A stretch of DNA of 64,000 nucleotides from Candidatus Parcubacteria bacterium (GCA_039795775.1 JBDKLC010000003.1:797-64796), one strand, 5' to 3'; counted from the first letter of the stretch, positions 10,588 through 20,666 are shown. Numbers and translations are program-made. Notes: generated by a model not told the origin, from the sequence alone.

Positions 10588-10690
10588 AGATAGTACTACT
10601 CTAACACATAGACATATCTCGGTGAAAATTTGCAAAAAGGAAAACCACCCCAGTTGATCGGACTGTCAGGTGGCTCTTATAAATATAAAA

Positions 10691-11710
10691 CTAGAACTTC
10701 AACGGTCGATCTACAGGATATTCGATTTTGAGATGAGCGTAGCCTGCTTCTGTAACAATACGCCCTCGAGGAGTTCGTTCAATAAAGCCAAGCTGAATAA
10801 GATATGGTTCGTTGAATTCTTCGATAGTTGCCTGATCTTCAGAAAGAGAAGCAGCGATAGTGTTAAGACCAACAGGCCCTCCGTTATATTTTTCAACAAT
10901 AGTTTTCAAAATCTTTATATCAGACTGTGTGAGACCTCGATGATCAATACCCAAAAGTTCCAATGCTTCATCAACAATCTTTTTAGACAACGATGCTTTT
11001 TGAATTTGAGCAAAGTCTCGACATCGTTTGAGAAGGTAGTTGGCAGTTCGCGGTGTCGATCGACTTCGAATTGCAATTTCGTGGAGCGCCGCTGGTTCAG
11101 CTTCAATATTTAAAATCTTTGCAGACCGAGTAACGATCTCTTCAATTTCTTTTTCTGTATAAAACTCAAGTCGAAACACACCTCCAGAAAATCGTGATCG
11201 AAGAGGTGATGAAATCATTGCAATACGTGTAGTCGCTGCAATGAGTGTAAATGGTGGAAGGTCGAGCTGAACAGTTCGCGCCGATGGACCTTTTCCAATA
11301 ATAATATCGATCTGGCCTGACTCCATGGCAGGGTAGAGGACTTCTTCTACGGTCTTGTTGAGTCGGTGAATTTCATCAACAAACAAAACATCTCCAGGAG
11401 AAAGGTTTGTAAGAACAGATGCAAGGTCGCCAACACGTTCAATAGCAGGACCTGATGTCACTTTCATTTGTGCGCCAATCTCTTTTGAAATCAAATAGGC
11501 GAGTGTTGTCTTTCCAAGGCCTGGTGGACCATAAAAAAGAAGGTGTTCTGGCGGATGATTTCGTTCCTTTGCTGCAGTGAGAAGAATTTGAAGATTCTTT
11601 TTGATGTTTTCTTGACCAATATATTCCTCAAACTTGTGTGGACGAAGGGTCTGATCGAGAACTCGGTCTTCGATAGGTCGTTCTATGAGGTTTTGGTCGG
11701 TGCTTGACAT
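10691..11710 (-). CDS. ruvB: Holliday junction branch migration ATPase RuvB
   Basis: LRP..FEEYIGQ, GPPGLGKTTLA, DEIHRL, RTPRGR. Confidence 0.98.
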   Translation of the reverse strand: MSSTDQNLIERPIEDRVLDQTLRPHKFEEYIGQENIKKNLQILLTAAKERNHPPEHLLFYGPPGLGKTTLAYLISKEIGAQMKVTSGPAIERVGDLASVLTNLSPGDVLFVDEIHRLNKTVEEVLYPAMESGQIDIIIGKGPSARTVQLDLPPFTLIAATTRIAMISSPLRSRFSGGVFRLEFYTEKEIEEIVTRSAKILNIEAEPAALHEIAIRSRSTPRTANYLLKRCRDFAQIQKASLSKKIVDEALELLGIDHRGLTQSDIKILKTIVEKYNGGPVGLNTIAASLSEDQATIEEFNEPYLIQLGFIERTPRGRIVTEAGYAHLKIEYPVDRPLKF

Positions 11711-11824
11711 AAAAATAGTTGTGTGCTAAGATGTTATCAGTGTCGCACTCGTATAGAAATGTACCGAATGCGATTATTATTTTGCTCAAAAAGTTCTAAA
11801 GACGATTTGTTGCAAAATAAACAT

Positions 11825-11993
11825 AACGGCTCCTTGAATTTCTAAGCAATACAACCTCCACGGGTCTATCGGTGTTTGTTAAAGGACGATCTGGTGCAAG
11901 ACTTTATGTCTCGTTCCTGGAGCTATCCTTAAATGCTCACCGGGCTTTTGAATCTAGGTTCGAAAGCATTGCTTAGAAATTCAAAGGGCTGTT
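11825..11993 (+). ncRNA. Probable 6S RNA-like long hairpin RNA
   Basis: ~170 nt rod: closing stem 11825-11850/11968-11993 (17 bp perfect core), inner stems CGGTG/CACCG, AAGGA/TCCTT, AGAC/GTCT, 3' hairpin GCTTTTGAATC-TA-GGTTCGAAAGC; G-U pairs favour + strand; U tract follows. Confidence 0.55.
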
Positions 11994-12209
11994 TTTTATT
12001 TCTTATCGATGTAAAAAACGTACCTAAAGCTTACGCGTCTTAGGGGGGTCAAGTCAATTGACCCGTGTGTATAGCTTGTGTTGTGCTCAAACATAACTTT
12101 CTGTGATGTAATTTTTCTCAATTTTAAATAAAAAATAAATAAAAAACACCGACCGCTTTGGTTGGTGTTTTTTATTTTTCTGAAGAGTGTGAAATAGGCT
12201 GTGTGATGT

Positions 12210-13934
12210 TTAATCGTGTGAGCCTGCGTCTTTTTCTGTTTGAATTTCTGCAGCAAGGTCTACAACTCGTTCAAGTTCTTGGAAGGTTGTAATACCTCGA
12301 AGCACTTTAAGAATACCGTCTTGTCGCATATCAATAATTTTCTGGGGGAGAGAAGCATTTTTAATTTCTCGTTCACTTGGAATTTCTCGAATAACTTCTT
12401 CGATGGCTCGGTCAGCAAGAATACCTTCGAATACGCCAAGTCGGCCTTTGTATCCTGTTTTGTTGCAAGCCTCGCAACCAACAGCATCCCAAACCTCCGA
12501 AGGCACTGATGTAAATTCTGCCGCTTCTTCGTAGCCAGCCATAGAAGCAAGAATTTTTTCTACGAGGGGAGCTCGATCAGCTGGCATTGGAATCTTTTTT
12601 GTACAATTTTTGCAAAGTACTCGTACGAGTCGTTGAGCAAGAGCGAGGTGAATGGCAGATGTAAGAACTTTTGAGTCAGCCCCAAGGTCGATGAGTCGTG
12701 TAAATGTTCCCGCTGCGTTGTTGGTGTGAAGAGTTGAGAATACAAGGTGACCAGTGAGTGACGCTTGAATAGCGGTCATCGCAGTTTCACCATCTCGGAT
12801 TTCTCCCACCATGATGATGTCTGGGTCTTGTCGCATCGCAGATCGAAGTCCAGATTCGAATGTGTATCCTTTCTTTTCTTCTACCTGTGTCTGCACAATA
12901 CCAGGGAGGTGGTATTCGATAGGGTCTTCAATAGTAATGATTTTGAATTCAGGACTCTGAATGTGTCGAAGACAAGCGTACAGAGTTGTTGTCTTTCCAG
13001 AACCTGTAGGACCTGTCGTAAGAATCATTCCGTTTGGTCGTGCAATTTCTGCTTGAAGAATATCGTACAACCGTTTTGGCATACCCAAAGATTCGAGAGG
13101 AACAGAAATAGACTTTGGGTTGAGGATTCGCATCACCACAGATTCGCCGTACGCACCTGGAATTGTAGAACATCGAATTTCTACATCGCTCATATATACC
13201 TTCACAGTGAATCGTCCGTCTTGAGCCGCTTCTTTAATGTTGAGTTTTAAACCAGAGAGGAGCTTGATTCGAGAAAGAAGAAGAGAGTAAGTTTCAGAAT
13301 CGAATTGGAGTACTTCGATAAGTACACCGTCCAGTCGATATCGAATACGAGCATAGTCTGCTTCTGGTTCGATGTGGATGTCGGATCCTTTTGTAGAAAA
13401 AGCTCCGGCCATAATGATGGCGAGCACTTTAGAAATTCGGTGGCTCTTTTTTTCTGCGAGTGCTTCTTTAATAAGAACTGTGATGTCTTCAAGTTTTTTT
13501 GTTTTCTCGATGAGTTGTTCTACTTCATCATTTGAAATATCAAGAGATCCAGCTTCTGTTTCAAAAGCAAAAGAAAGATCTTTGTATCGATCCCATGCTT
13601 TAGTAAGACTCTGGATTGAAGCCATGTACTTTGTTATCAGATATCCCTTTGCTTCGAGGTGTTCTTTAATAATATTTTGAGCATCTTCATTAGAAGGAGA
13701 GTGAATGGCAACTGAAAGTTTTTTTCCAACAATATCAAATACTGCAACACCATTTGCGCGAGCTTCTTCTTCGGGAATAAGTCTAAGTGCGTCTGTGTTG
13801 ATAGGAATACGTGTAAGGTCTACGTATGTAATTTGGTATTTTTCGGCAAGCATTTCCATTGCCTGTTCTTCTTCATCAACTCGGAGCTGTCGGAGTCGTT
13901 GATTCTGTTTGTCTTCGTCAAAAACTATAGTCAT
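12210..13934 (-). CDS. Type IV pilus/T2SS assembly ATPase (PilB/GspE family)
   Basis: SDIHIEP, TGPTGSGKTTT, TIEDPIEY, RQDPDIIMVGEIRD, TGHLVFSTLH, CxxC..CxxC. Confidence 0.95.
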   Translation of the reverse strand: MTIVFDEDKQNQRLRQLRVDEEEQAMEMLAEKYQITYVDLTRIPINTDALRLIPEEEARANGVAVFDIVGKKLSVAIHSPSNEDAQNIIKEHLEAKGYLITKYMASIQSLTKAWDRYKDLSFAFETEAGSLDISNDEVEQLIEKTKKLEDITVLIKEALAEKKSHRISKVLAIIMAGAFSTKGSDIHIEPEADYARIRYRLDGVLIEVLQFDSETYSLLLSRIKLLSGLKLNIKEAAQDGRFTVKVYMSDVEIRCSTIPGAYGESVVMRILNPKSISVPLESLGMPKRLYDILQAEIARPNGMILTTGPTGSGKTTTLYACLRHIQSPEFKIITIEDPIEYHLPGIVQTQVEEKKGYTFESGLRSAMRQDPDIIMVGEIRDGETAMTAIQASLTGHLVFSTLHTNNAAGTFTRLIDLGADSKVLTSAIHLALAQRLVRVLCKNCTKKIPMPADRAPLVEKILASMAGYEEAAEFTSVPSEVWDAVGCEACNKTGYKGRLGVFEGILADRAIEEVIREIPSEREIKNASLPQKIIDMRQDGILKVLRGITTFQELERVVDLAAEIQTEKDAGSHD

Positions 13935-14138
13935 ATAGCCATTATTTTACAGTCTTTAGGGGAATAGGGCACTACTTGATTTTATCTATTAAATATGATA
14001 TAATATACACCGAGTTACGTTCTTTCACAGCTTCTTTAAAACGGTCATAAGATAGTGTCGGTAGGGTCGTTTGCTTCATGCAATCTGCAGCTTTTTTGAA
14101 TAACTTTTGATGAAAAAGTTGAAAAGGCCATAGATTGC

Positions 14139-15233
14139 ATGAATGCAAAACACCAAACCATCGGGATGGCTTCGCGTGCAAACGCGTGGTCCATCGTCAC
14201 CATCAACAACAACCTCAACATCGTCATCGCGTTTATCTTCGCGCTCTTTGGCTCGTTCGCTCACGCGGGCGACGCCGTCGTGAAAATCAACACCGGGCGT
14301 GATTCGAAGGAAGTGCGTCGCTTCGAGCGGCCAGCACCTCCGGTAGTGGTCGAAAGGCCAGTATATCGCGAGACCTGCGCTCCTGCGCCTCGGCGCTACG
14401 TGCAGAACAGCGATTGCAACACCGGCTCACGTCGGAGTGGCAACTTCGAGCTCGGATTCGGGCTCGGCTTCAACATCAAGCTCTGGGGCTCCGGTGCGCG
14501 TAATCGCTCCGGTTGCACTGACTGCGGTCAGGCAGGCTTGTGTGGCACGCATCACCAGCGCTTTATCAGCGACGGTGTTTGTGGGCAAGGCCAACAGGTC
14601 CTCGTCCAATCTGGATGTGGCTCTGGCGGTCGCTCACAAGCGACGGCTGTCCGCTACCAAGATGGCGTAGATCGCACCACGGTCCGAGAGGACTGGGATG
14701 ACCACGTTCATATCGAGGTCAATCAGAGTGGTATTGATTGCGACGGCATCGCTGCCGCTGCACTCGCTGCTACACGCGATCTGCCTTCTGGGCAACGTCG
14801 CGCTGCAATTGAGCGCTATGTCCGCGGACAACTGCCTGGCCTGTCGCCTCGCATCACCTACAATCGCGAGGTGACAAGTGTCACTCGCACGGTGAAGCAT
14901 GTCAGCTACACAAAAGGTGCTGACGGCTTCACCAACATCAACGTTCCAGACGGTCTGGATGGAGGTGGACAGGTGGATGGCGACGGATTCGTTGACCTCG
15001 GTGTCGAAGACGACCAATGCTCCAACGGAGCAAACGCATCGTTCCGACGGTTCCACGGAAATACTCGTGGAGGAAACGCCGCAATCGTGACCTCCTACAG
15101 TGGCAACCGTGCCATTCTGGTGGGCGATACCACCTATCAACGCGGACTCGCGAATCAAGGTGGGGTGTATATCCAAGACCCTTCCGTGGTTCGGCGCAGT
15201 CTGGACCGTGACCAATACCAATACCGGCGCTAA
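14139..15233 (+). CDS. GC-rich orphan, probably secreted Gly/Cys/Arg-rich protein
   Basis: 364 aa ORF, signal-peptide-like IVIAFIFALFGSFAHA, GC visibly above the flanks; true start uncertain. Confidence 0.65.
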   Translation: MNAKHQTIGMASRANAWSIVTINNNLNIVIAFIFALFGSFAHAGDAVVKINTGRDSKEVRRFERPAPPVVVERPVYRETCAPAPRRYVQNSDCNTGSRRSGNFELGFGLGFNIKLWGSGARNRSGCTDCGQAGLCGTHHQRFISDGVCGQGQQVLVQSGCGSGGRSQATAVRYQDGVDRTTVREDWDDHVHIEVNQSGIDCDGIAAAALAATRDLPSGQRRAAIERYVRGQLPGLSPRITYNREVTSVTRTVKHVSYTKGADGFTNINVPDGLDGGGQVDGDGFVDLGVEDDQCSNGANASFRRFHGNTRGGNAAIVTSYSGNRAILVGDTTYQRGLANQGGVYIQDPSVVRRSLDRDQYQYRR

Positions 15234-15257
15234 TACGCTGCCGGGCAAAGAAGCTCC

Positions 15258-15304
15258 AAGGTTCTCGTCGAGTGTACCAACACTCGGCGAGGCCTTTTCT
15301 TTTT
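15258..15304 (+). terminator. Intrinsic terminator
   Basis: AAGG..CTCGTCGAGTGT-ACCA-ACACTCGGCGAG.CCTT followed by T tract. Confidence 0.75.
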
Positions 15305-15413
15305 ATTTGGTTGGATAACTGTTTTTAAAAAACCGGGGTTAAATAATCAAAAAGTGCTTATTTTTAGCCATTTATATGCAAATACAGCACAGTATTTTAC
15401 TTAAAGATAGTAC

Positions 15414-15441
15414 TTGACAATGCGTACAAAAGTAGTATAAT
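15414..15441 (+). promoter_or_regulatory. Consensus sigma70 promoter
   Basis: TTGACA (15414)-16 nt-TATAAT (15436). Confidence 0.75.
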
Positions 15442-15486
15442 TATATTCGAACAGTTGACCAATGTGGTTGACTGAAAACTAAACCC

Positions 15487-15547
15487 GCCAGGGAGCTGAC
15501 TTCGACCGTAAGGTCACAGCCCCTACGGGCGAAGTCAGATCTTTGGC
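15487..15547 (+). ncRNA. Candidate structured 5' leader RNA (three-way junction)
   Basis: GCCAGGGA-G-CTGACTTC / GAAGTCAG-A-TCTTTGGC stem enclosing GACC-GTAA-GGTC and GCCC-CTAC-GGGC hairpins. Confidence 0.45.
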
Positions 15548-15591
15548 AAATTCAACACAAAACCCGGGGACAGAAAGGCCCCAACAATACC

Positions 15592-16779
15592 ATGACTCCT
15601 AAAGAGTTCGCAGATAACGCAGCAATTGCTGCAAGTGCAACAAAAGCTACCATTGCGGCCATTGAGGCTCACCTCAATGACCCAACCAACGGTATCAAGA
15701 CGATCAGCGCTGCCCTTACAGGCCTCGCTGCGTCTCAGCCCAAACGCCGTGCGAAATATACGCAGGCACTCAGCGTTGTAACCGTTCTCGAAAAGACGGT
15801 TCTCCGCGCTCTCGCCACCGCAACCAAGGAGACGAAAGAGGCGGAAGACTCCGCTCAACGTGTCCATGTGGAGTCGGCGAAAACCTCGCCGAAGCCAAAT
15901 CCGAAGACCATGCAGAAGGATCTCGACGCGACAACGGCATCTCTCAAGGTTGCCGAGGCTGCGCTGAAGGACGCCTGTGATGCTCGCACTGCAGCTATTG
16001 CAGTGTTCGACGGGGTTAAACCCGCCGAATGGCGTGACGGTCAACGCACGCAGTGGCTTGTGGATCGCCCGTGGATCCCTATTGCCGCGATCGTGCTGCT
16101 CCTCATCTTCGTTGGCTGGCTATCGTATCGGGTCAGCCCGGACGGCCAGCACAACTCGGAGATCGGCTCGCTCAAGGAGCAAGTCGTGCTCCTCACCAAC
16201 GAAAAGAAAGACCTCGCCGAAAAAATGGCGGGTATGGTGGGCAAGGACCAACACGCGCTCGTCGAGAAGCAGATGACAGACGCCACAAAGGCGCAAGTCG
16301 CTGCGGAGGCCGAGCTCAACAAGCTCAAGGCAGCAACGGCCGGCGGAATGATCAGCAAGGTAGAAGCCGACGAGGCTCTCGCCAAACTGGTCGCTGATAA
16401 TGAACAGCTCCAATTGAGGTTGTTTAATCTGGAAAAAGCTGCCGCTTCGGCGCCAGCACCTGCCTCGACAAAGCCACCACAAATGGCCGCAAGTGGCAGC
16501 CAGCCGCAACCCGCAACACCTCCATCAACTGGAGCTGGTGTGCCTCAGTCGGACATGCCGTCCATCGTTCCTACCAACCAGATTCTGGCAGGTATCGGGG
16601 CTGGAACCATTGGTTACAGCCCGAGCTTGCGGAACTTCAAGGACATGCGTTCAGGGGTTAAATACTGGCCGGCTCAAGTAGCTGCCCTCGCAAAGCGTGA
16701 GGGTCTCACGTTGCCACAAACAACGCGGTCGGGAATCCCGATCGATTGGACCTCAGGTCCAGCGGCGGGCAAGCGCTAG
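15592..16779 (+). CDS. GC-rich orphan membrane-anchored coiled-coil protein
   Basis: Ala/Lys-rich helices, single central TM (WIPIAAIVLLLIFVGWL), second coiled coil, Pro-rich linker. Confidence 0.7.
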   Translation: MTPKEFADNAAIAASATKATIAAIEAHLNDPTNGIKTISAALTGLAASQPKRRAKYTQALSVVTVLEKTVLRALATATKETKEAEDSAQRVHVESAKTSPKPNPKTMQKDLDATTASLKVAEAALKDACDARTAAIAVFDGVKPAEWRDGQRTQWLVDRPWIPIAAIVLLLIFVGWLSYRVSPDGQHNSEIGSLKEQVVLLTNEKKDLAEKMAGMVGKDQHALVEKQMTDATKAQVAAEAELNKLKAATAGGMISKVEADEALAKLVADNEQLQLRLFNLEKAAASAPAPASTKPPQMAASGSQPQPATPPSTGAGVPQSDMPSIVPTNQILAGIGAGTIGYSPSLRNFKDMRSGVKYWPAQVAALAKREGLTLPQTTRSGIPIDWTSGPAAGKR

Positions 16780-16837
16780 TGTTGAACTGCAACAGGGTCT
16801 CCGGATCCTCGAACACCGAAAGGTGAACGGAAATCAC

Positions 16838-16880
16838 AGGTCGTCGATTGCACCACGTGCGTCGACGGCCTTTTCCTTTT
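16838..16880 (+). terminator. Intrinsic terminator
   Basis: GGTCGTCGAT.GCAC-CAC-GTGCGTCGACGGCC then TTTTCCTTTT. Confidence 0.75.
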
Positions 16881-16915
16881 CTCGGGTTTTTTGCTATTTG
16901 TGCTACCATATTCCT

Positions 16916-17362
16916 ATGAAACTTCTCTCGCATAGTCTTCCCGAAACTCAGGCAGCAGCCATTCAGATCCTTGGCGTATTAAAGGGCGCACGACAATCTG
17001 GTTGGGCAACGGTGGTTGGACTTCGGGGGGACCTTGGTTCAGGTAAGACAACATTTTCACAATCTATTGCACATGAGCTCGGTGTGGTTGATCGAGTGAC
17101 AAGTCCTACATTTATTATTGAAAAAATATACGATACGACTGACGATACGTTTAAAAAGTTTATTCATATTGATGCATATCGGTTAGAGCATGGAGATGAA
17201 TTGAGTAAGTTAGATTTTGATACTGTTCTTGCTGATTCAAACAATCTGATATTTATTGAATGGCCAGAAAAGGTTGAAAGTATTTTGAGTACCATTCCAG
17301 TTTTCACAATTTCTTTTGAATCAATTGATGAAAATACCAGATCGATTTCATATGAAGAATAA
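16916..17362 (+). CDS. tsaE: t6A biosynthesis ATPase TsaE
   Basis: GDLGSGKTTF, VTSPTF, HIDAYRL, IEWPE; real start is M74 of the ORF. Confidence 0.95.
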   Translation: MKLLSHSLPETQAAAIQILGVLKGARQSGWATVVGLRGDLGSGKTTFSQSIAHELGVVDRVTSPTFIIEKIYDTTDDTFKKFIHIDAYRLEHGDELSKLDFDTVLADSNNLIFIEWPEKVESILSTIPVFTISFESIDENTRSISYEE

Positions 17363-17383
17363 ATAAATTTTATATAAAGACCT

Positions 17384-19879
17384 ATGGCAACAAAAGAAAC
17401 ATCTGACAAGAAAACAAAAAAAGAAGCAGGGAAGCGAGAAACAAAAACACTCGTTCTTTTGGATTCTCACGCAATTATTCATCGTGCATATCATGCACTT
17501 CCAGATTTTGCATCGAGTAAAGGAGTACCAACAGGTGCGATCTACGGTCTCGTAGCTATGCTTATTGGTATCATCGAACGATTCAAACCAGATTATATTG
17601 TTGCTTGCTATGACTTGCCGGCACCTACATACAGACACGAAGCATACGAAGCGTACAAAGCTGGGCGAAAGAAAAGCGACCCCGCTCTTGTAGAACAGCT
17701 CAAGAGTTCTCGTCGAGTGTTCGAAGCCTTCAACATTCCAATGTATGACAAAGAAGGTTTTGAAGCGGACGACATGCTTGGAACAATTGTCGAAGATGTA
17801 CTCAAAGGAAACGTAAAAGCAGATGATGCAGATTTGAAAGTGATCATTGCATCGGGAGATATGGACACATTGCAACTTGTCTCAGGTGACGACGTGATGG
17901 TGTACACCCTCAAGAAAGGTATCAAGGATATTGTTGTGTACGACGAAAAAGGTGTTATGGAACGATTTGGATTTGGTCCGAAATTGTTGCCCGACTATAA
18001 AGGTCTTCGAGGAGATCCGTCTGATAACATCATAGGTATTCAAGGTATCGGAGAAAAAACAGCTACTACACTTATTACATCGTTTGGCACTGTAGAAAAT
18101 ATATATAAAGCACTCAAGAAAAATTCTGACGATGTAAAAAAGGTTGGAGTGACGGATCGAATTATTGAGCTTTTGAAAAATGGGGAAGAGGAAGCTCTCT
18201 TTAGTAAAATGCTCGCCACTATTCGACGTGATGCTCCTATCAATTTTAAACTCCCAGAAAAAACATGGAAAGAAAGTTTTGATGTGGCACCTGTCGAGGC
18301 GTTGTTCAAAGAATTTGAATTTAGAACACTCGGAGTTCGTCTCAAAACTATCATGGCTGCAAGTGGTTCGTTGTCGGATGCAGATGGAAAAGCTGTGAGT
18401 GTAGAAGATATTGCGTTTGAATCTAAAAAAGAAGCTGAGCAAAAAGCTGCAGAGTATACAGAGTTTGCTGCACATCTTTCTAAAGAGAAAATAAGAGAGC
18501 TGACTATTGCATTGTGGGTGCTTGATTCGTCTCTCACTAACCCGACAATCGAAGACGTGGTGACACACACCAAAGCAAAGACAGCTGCTGAGGCTGAACA
18601 AAAGCTATTGAATGAAATGAAAAAACAGGGAGTAGACAGTGTGTTTTTTGATATTGAAAAACCACTTATTCCAATCGTAAACGCTATGGAAAAAGTGGGA
18701 GTAAAGATAGATGTAGAATTCCTCAAGGAATTATCAAAAGAATATCACAAAGAACTTGCTTCACTTGAAAAGAAAATTTGGAAAGAAGCTGGAATGGAAT
18801 TTAATGTGAGTTCACCAAAGCAGCTCGGTGAAGTGTTGTTCGACAAGCTCATGCTTGGTGGAAAAAAGATAAAGAAAACATCAACAGGTGCACGATCGAC
18901 AAAAGAATCAGAACTGGAAAAAATGAAGGGAACACATCCTATCATCGATCATATTTTGGAATATAGAGAGCTCGCAAAACTCCTCGGTACATATATTGAC
19001 CCGCTCCCAACAATGGTAGACGAAAACGATCGAGTTCATACGACGTTCTTGCAGGCTGGCGCAGCTACAGGACGAATGGCTTCACAAAACCCTGGCCTTC
19101 AAAACATTCCTATCAAAACAGAACTTGGCCGAAAAGTTCGACAAGCTTTTATTGCAGAAAAGGGATACAAACTTGTCTCATTTGATTATTCTCAAATTGA
19201 ACTTCGAATTGCCGCTTGGCTTTCTGATGATGAAAAACTCATTACTATTTTCAAAGAGGGAACAGACGTACACACTGGAGTTGCATCGCAGGTATTCAAA
19301 GTAGATTCAAAAGATGTGACAAAGGAAATGCGACGACAAGCGAAGGTCATCAACTTCGGTATTTTGTATGGCATGGGTGTGAATGCGCTCAAGACAAACC
19401 TCGGTAGTACAAGAGAAGAAGCGCAGACGTTCTATAACGAGTATTTCAAAAACTTTAGCACTCTTGCAGATTATCTTAATCACGTAAAAGCTGAAGCAAA
19501 ACGAACTGGATACACTCAAACATATTTTGGACGACGACGATATTTTGAAGGATTTAAATCAGCGCTTCCGTTTATTCGAGCATCAGCTGAACGAATGGCC
19601 ATCAACGCGCCTATTCAGGGAACAGAAGCCGACCTCGTGAAAATCGCTATGGTTAAAGTTCAGGAATTGTTCGATAAAGAAGGCATCGAAGAAAAAGACG
19701 CGCGAGTGCTCATGCAAGTACATGATGAACTCGTATATGAGATTAAAAGTGATCTTGTTGAAAGTCTCTCGGAAAAAATTAAGGAGGCGATGGAAAGTAT
19801 CCTTACACTCGAAGACACAAAGGGCGTACCAATCACAGCTGAGGCTCATGTCGGAAAAAACTGGAATGATATGAAGTAG
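17384..19879 (+). CDS. polA: DNA polymerase I
   Basis: 5'-3' exonuclease (EADD, GDPSDNI.GI.GIGEKTA); Pol A motifs DYSQIELR, R..AKVINFGILYG, QVHDELV. Confidence 0.98.
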   Translation: MATKETSDKKTKKEAGKRETKTLVLLDSHAIIHRAYHALPDFASSKGVPTGAIYGLVAMLIGIIERFKPDYIVACYDLPAPTYRHEAYEAYKAGRKKSDPALVEQLKSSRRVFEAFNIPMYDKEGFEADDMLGTIVEDVLKGNVKADDADLKVIIASGDMDTLQLVSGDDVMVYTLKKGIKDIVVYDEKGVMERFGFGPKLLPDYKGLRGDPSDNIIGIQGIGEKTATTLITSFGTVENIYKALKKNSDDVKKVGVTDRIIELLKNGEEEALFSKMLATIRRDAPINFKLPEKTWKESFDVAPVEALFKEFEFRTLGVRLKTIMAASGSLSDADGKAVSVEDIAFESKKEAEQKAAEYTEFAAHLSKEKIRELTIALWVLDSSLTNPTIEDVVTHTKAKTAAEAEQKLLNEMKKQGVDSVFFDIEKPLIPIVNAMEKVGVKIDVEFLKELSKEYHKELASLEKKIWKEAGMEFNVSSPKQLGEVLFDKLMLGGKKIKKTSTGARSTKESELEKMKGTHPIIDHILEYRELAKLLGTYIDPLPTMVDENDRVHTTFLQAGAATGRMASQNPGLQNIPIKTELGRKVRQAFIAEKGYKLVSFDYSQIELRIAAWLSDDEKLITIFKEGTDVHTGVASQVFKVDSKDVTKEMRRQAKVINFGILYGMGVNALKTNLGSTREEAQTFYNEYFKNFSTLADYLNHVKAEAKRTGYTQTYFGRRRYFEGFKSALPFIRASAERMAINAPIQGTEADLVKIAMVKVQELFDKEGIEEKDARVLMQVHDELVYEIKSDLVESLSEKIKEAMESILTLEDTKGVPITAEAHVGKNWNDMK

Positions 19880-19924
19880 GGTATACTACGAATTATATTG
19901 TTTACGAATTAGACTGTTATCAAC

Positions 19925-20647
19925 ATGTTGTACGTCATCTACGGAAAAGAAACTCAAAAATCTCGAAAGAAGCTCACAGAGCTTGTTGATAGTTTGCAAA
20001 AAAAACGACCAGACGCGTCGCTCTTTCGGCTTAACTCTGAGAACTGGAACGAAGGTGCACTCGATGAATTAATTCAGAGTCAGGGACTATTTCTCCCGAA
20101 ATATATTATTGTTCTCGATCAGTTGCTCGCTAAGGCCGACACTGGGGAAGTGGTGCTTGATCGAATCAAAGAACTCGCTGAATCAGAACATATCTGTATT
20201 TTATTTGAAGAAAAGCTAAAGGCTGCCGACAAAAAAGTGTTGGAAAAATATGCAGACAAAGTTCAGGAGTATGGTTCAGAAGATGCTCCGAAGAAAGAAT
20301 CACCAAAAACATTCGCGTTATCTGATGCACTTGCAATGAAAGATACAAAGAAGGCGTGGGTGGTGTTTCAAGAACTCATGCGTGATGGAGCGGTAGCGGA
20401 AGAAGTACACGGAGTCATTTGGTGGCAATTTAAATCTATTGTGATCGCATCACAAACAAAAAGTGTGAAAGATTCGGGTCTTTCGCCGTACGTATATCAG
20501 AAAGCATCTCGGGCTGCTGATGTGTGGAAAGGAACTGAGCTCCTCCAAGTTATGGATCGTCTTATGCTTATGTATCACCAGGCTCACCGAGGAGAGATTG
20601 ATTTTGCTACTGAACTAGAAAAGTTTGTGCTGTTCCCGATGAAGTAA
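19925..20647 (+). CDS. holA: DNA polymerase III delta subunit (short form)
   Basis: MLYVIYG N-terminus, SQGLF, FALSDAL, C-terminal LEKFVL pattern. Confidence 0.7.
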   Translation: MLYVIYGKETQKSRKKLTELVDSLQKKRPDASLFRLNSENWNEGALDELIQSQGLFLPKYIIVLDQLLAKADTGEVVLDRIKELAESEHICILFEEKLKAADKKVLEKYADKVQEYGSEDAPKKESPKTFALSDALAMKDTKKAWVVFQELMRDGAVAEEVHGVIWWQFKSIVIASQTKSVKDSGLSPYVYQKASRAADVWKGTELLQVMDRLMLMYHQAHRGEIDFATELEKFVLFPMK

Positions 20648-20666
20648 GATAAAGAAGATAAATACA

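Noticed and set aside
14427-16509. Long antisense and alternate-frame ORFs over the GC-rich genes (e.g. 14634-15248, 15535-16044)
   Set aside because: Expected shadow ORFs in GC-rich coding DNA; promoter and terminator orientation supports the + strand genes
16697-16915. N-terminal extension of TsaE
   Set aside because: Runs through the upstream gene end and terminator; a -10 element sits 6 nt before the ATG at 16916
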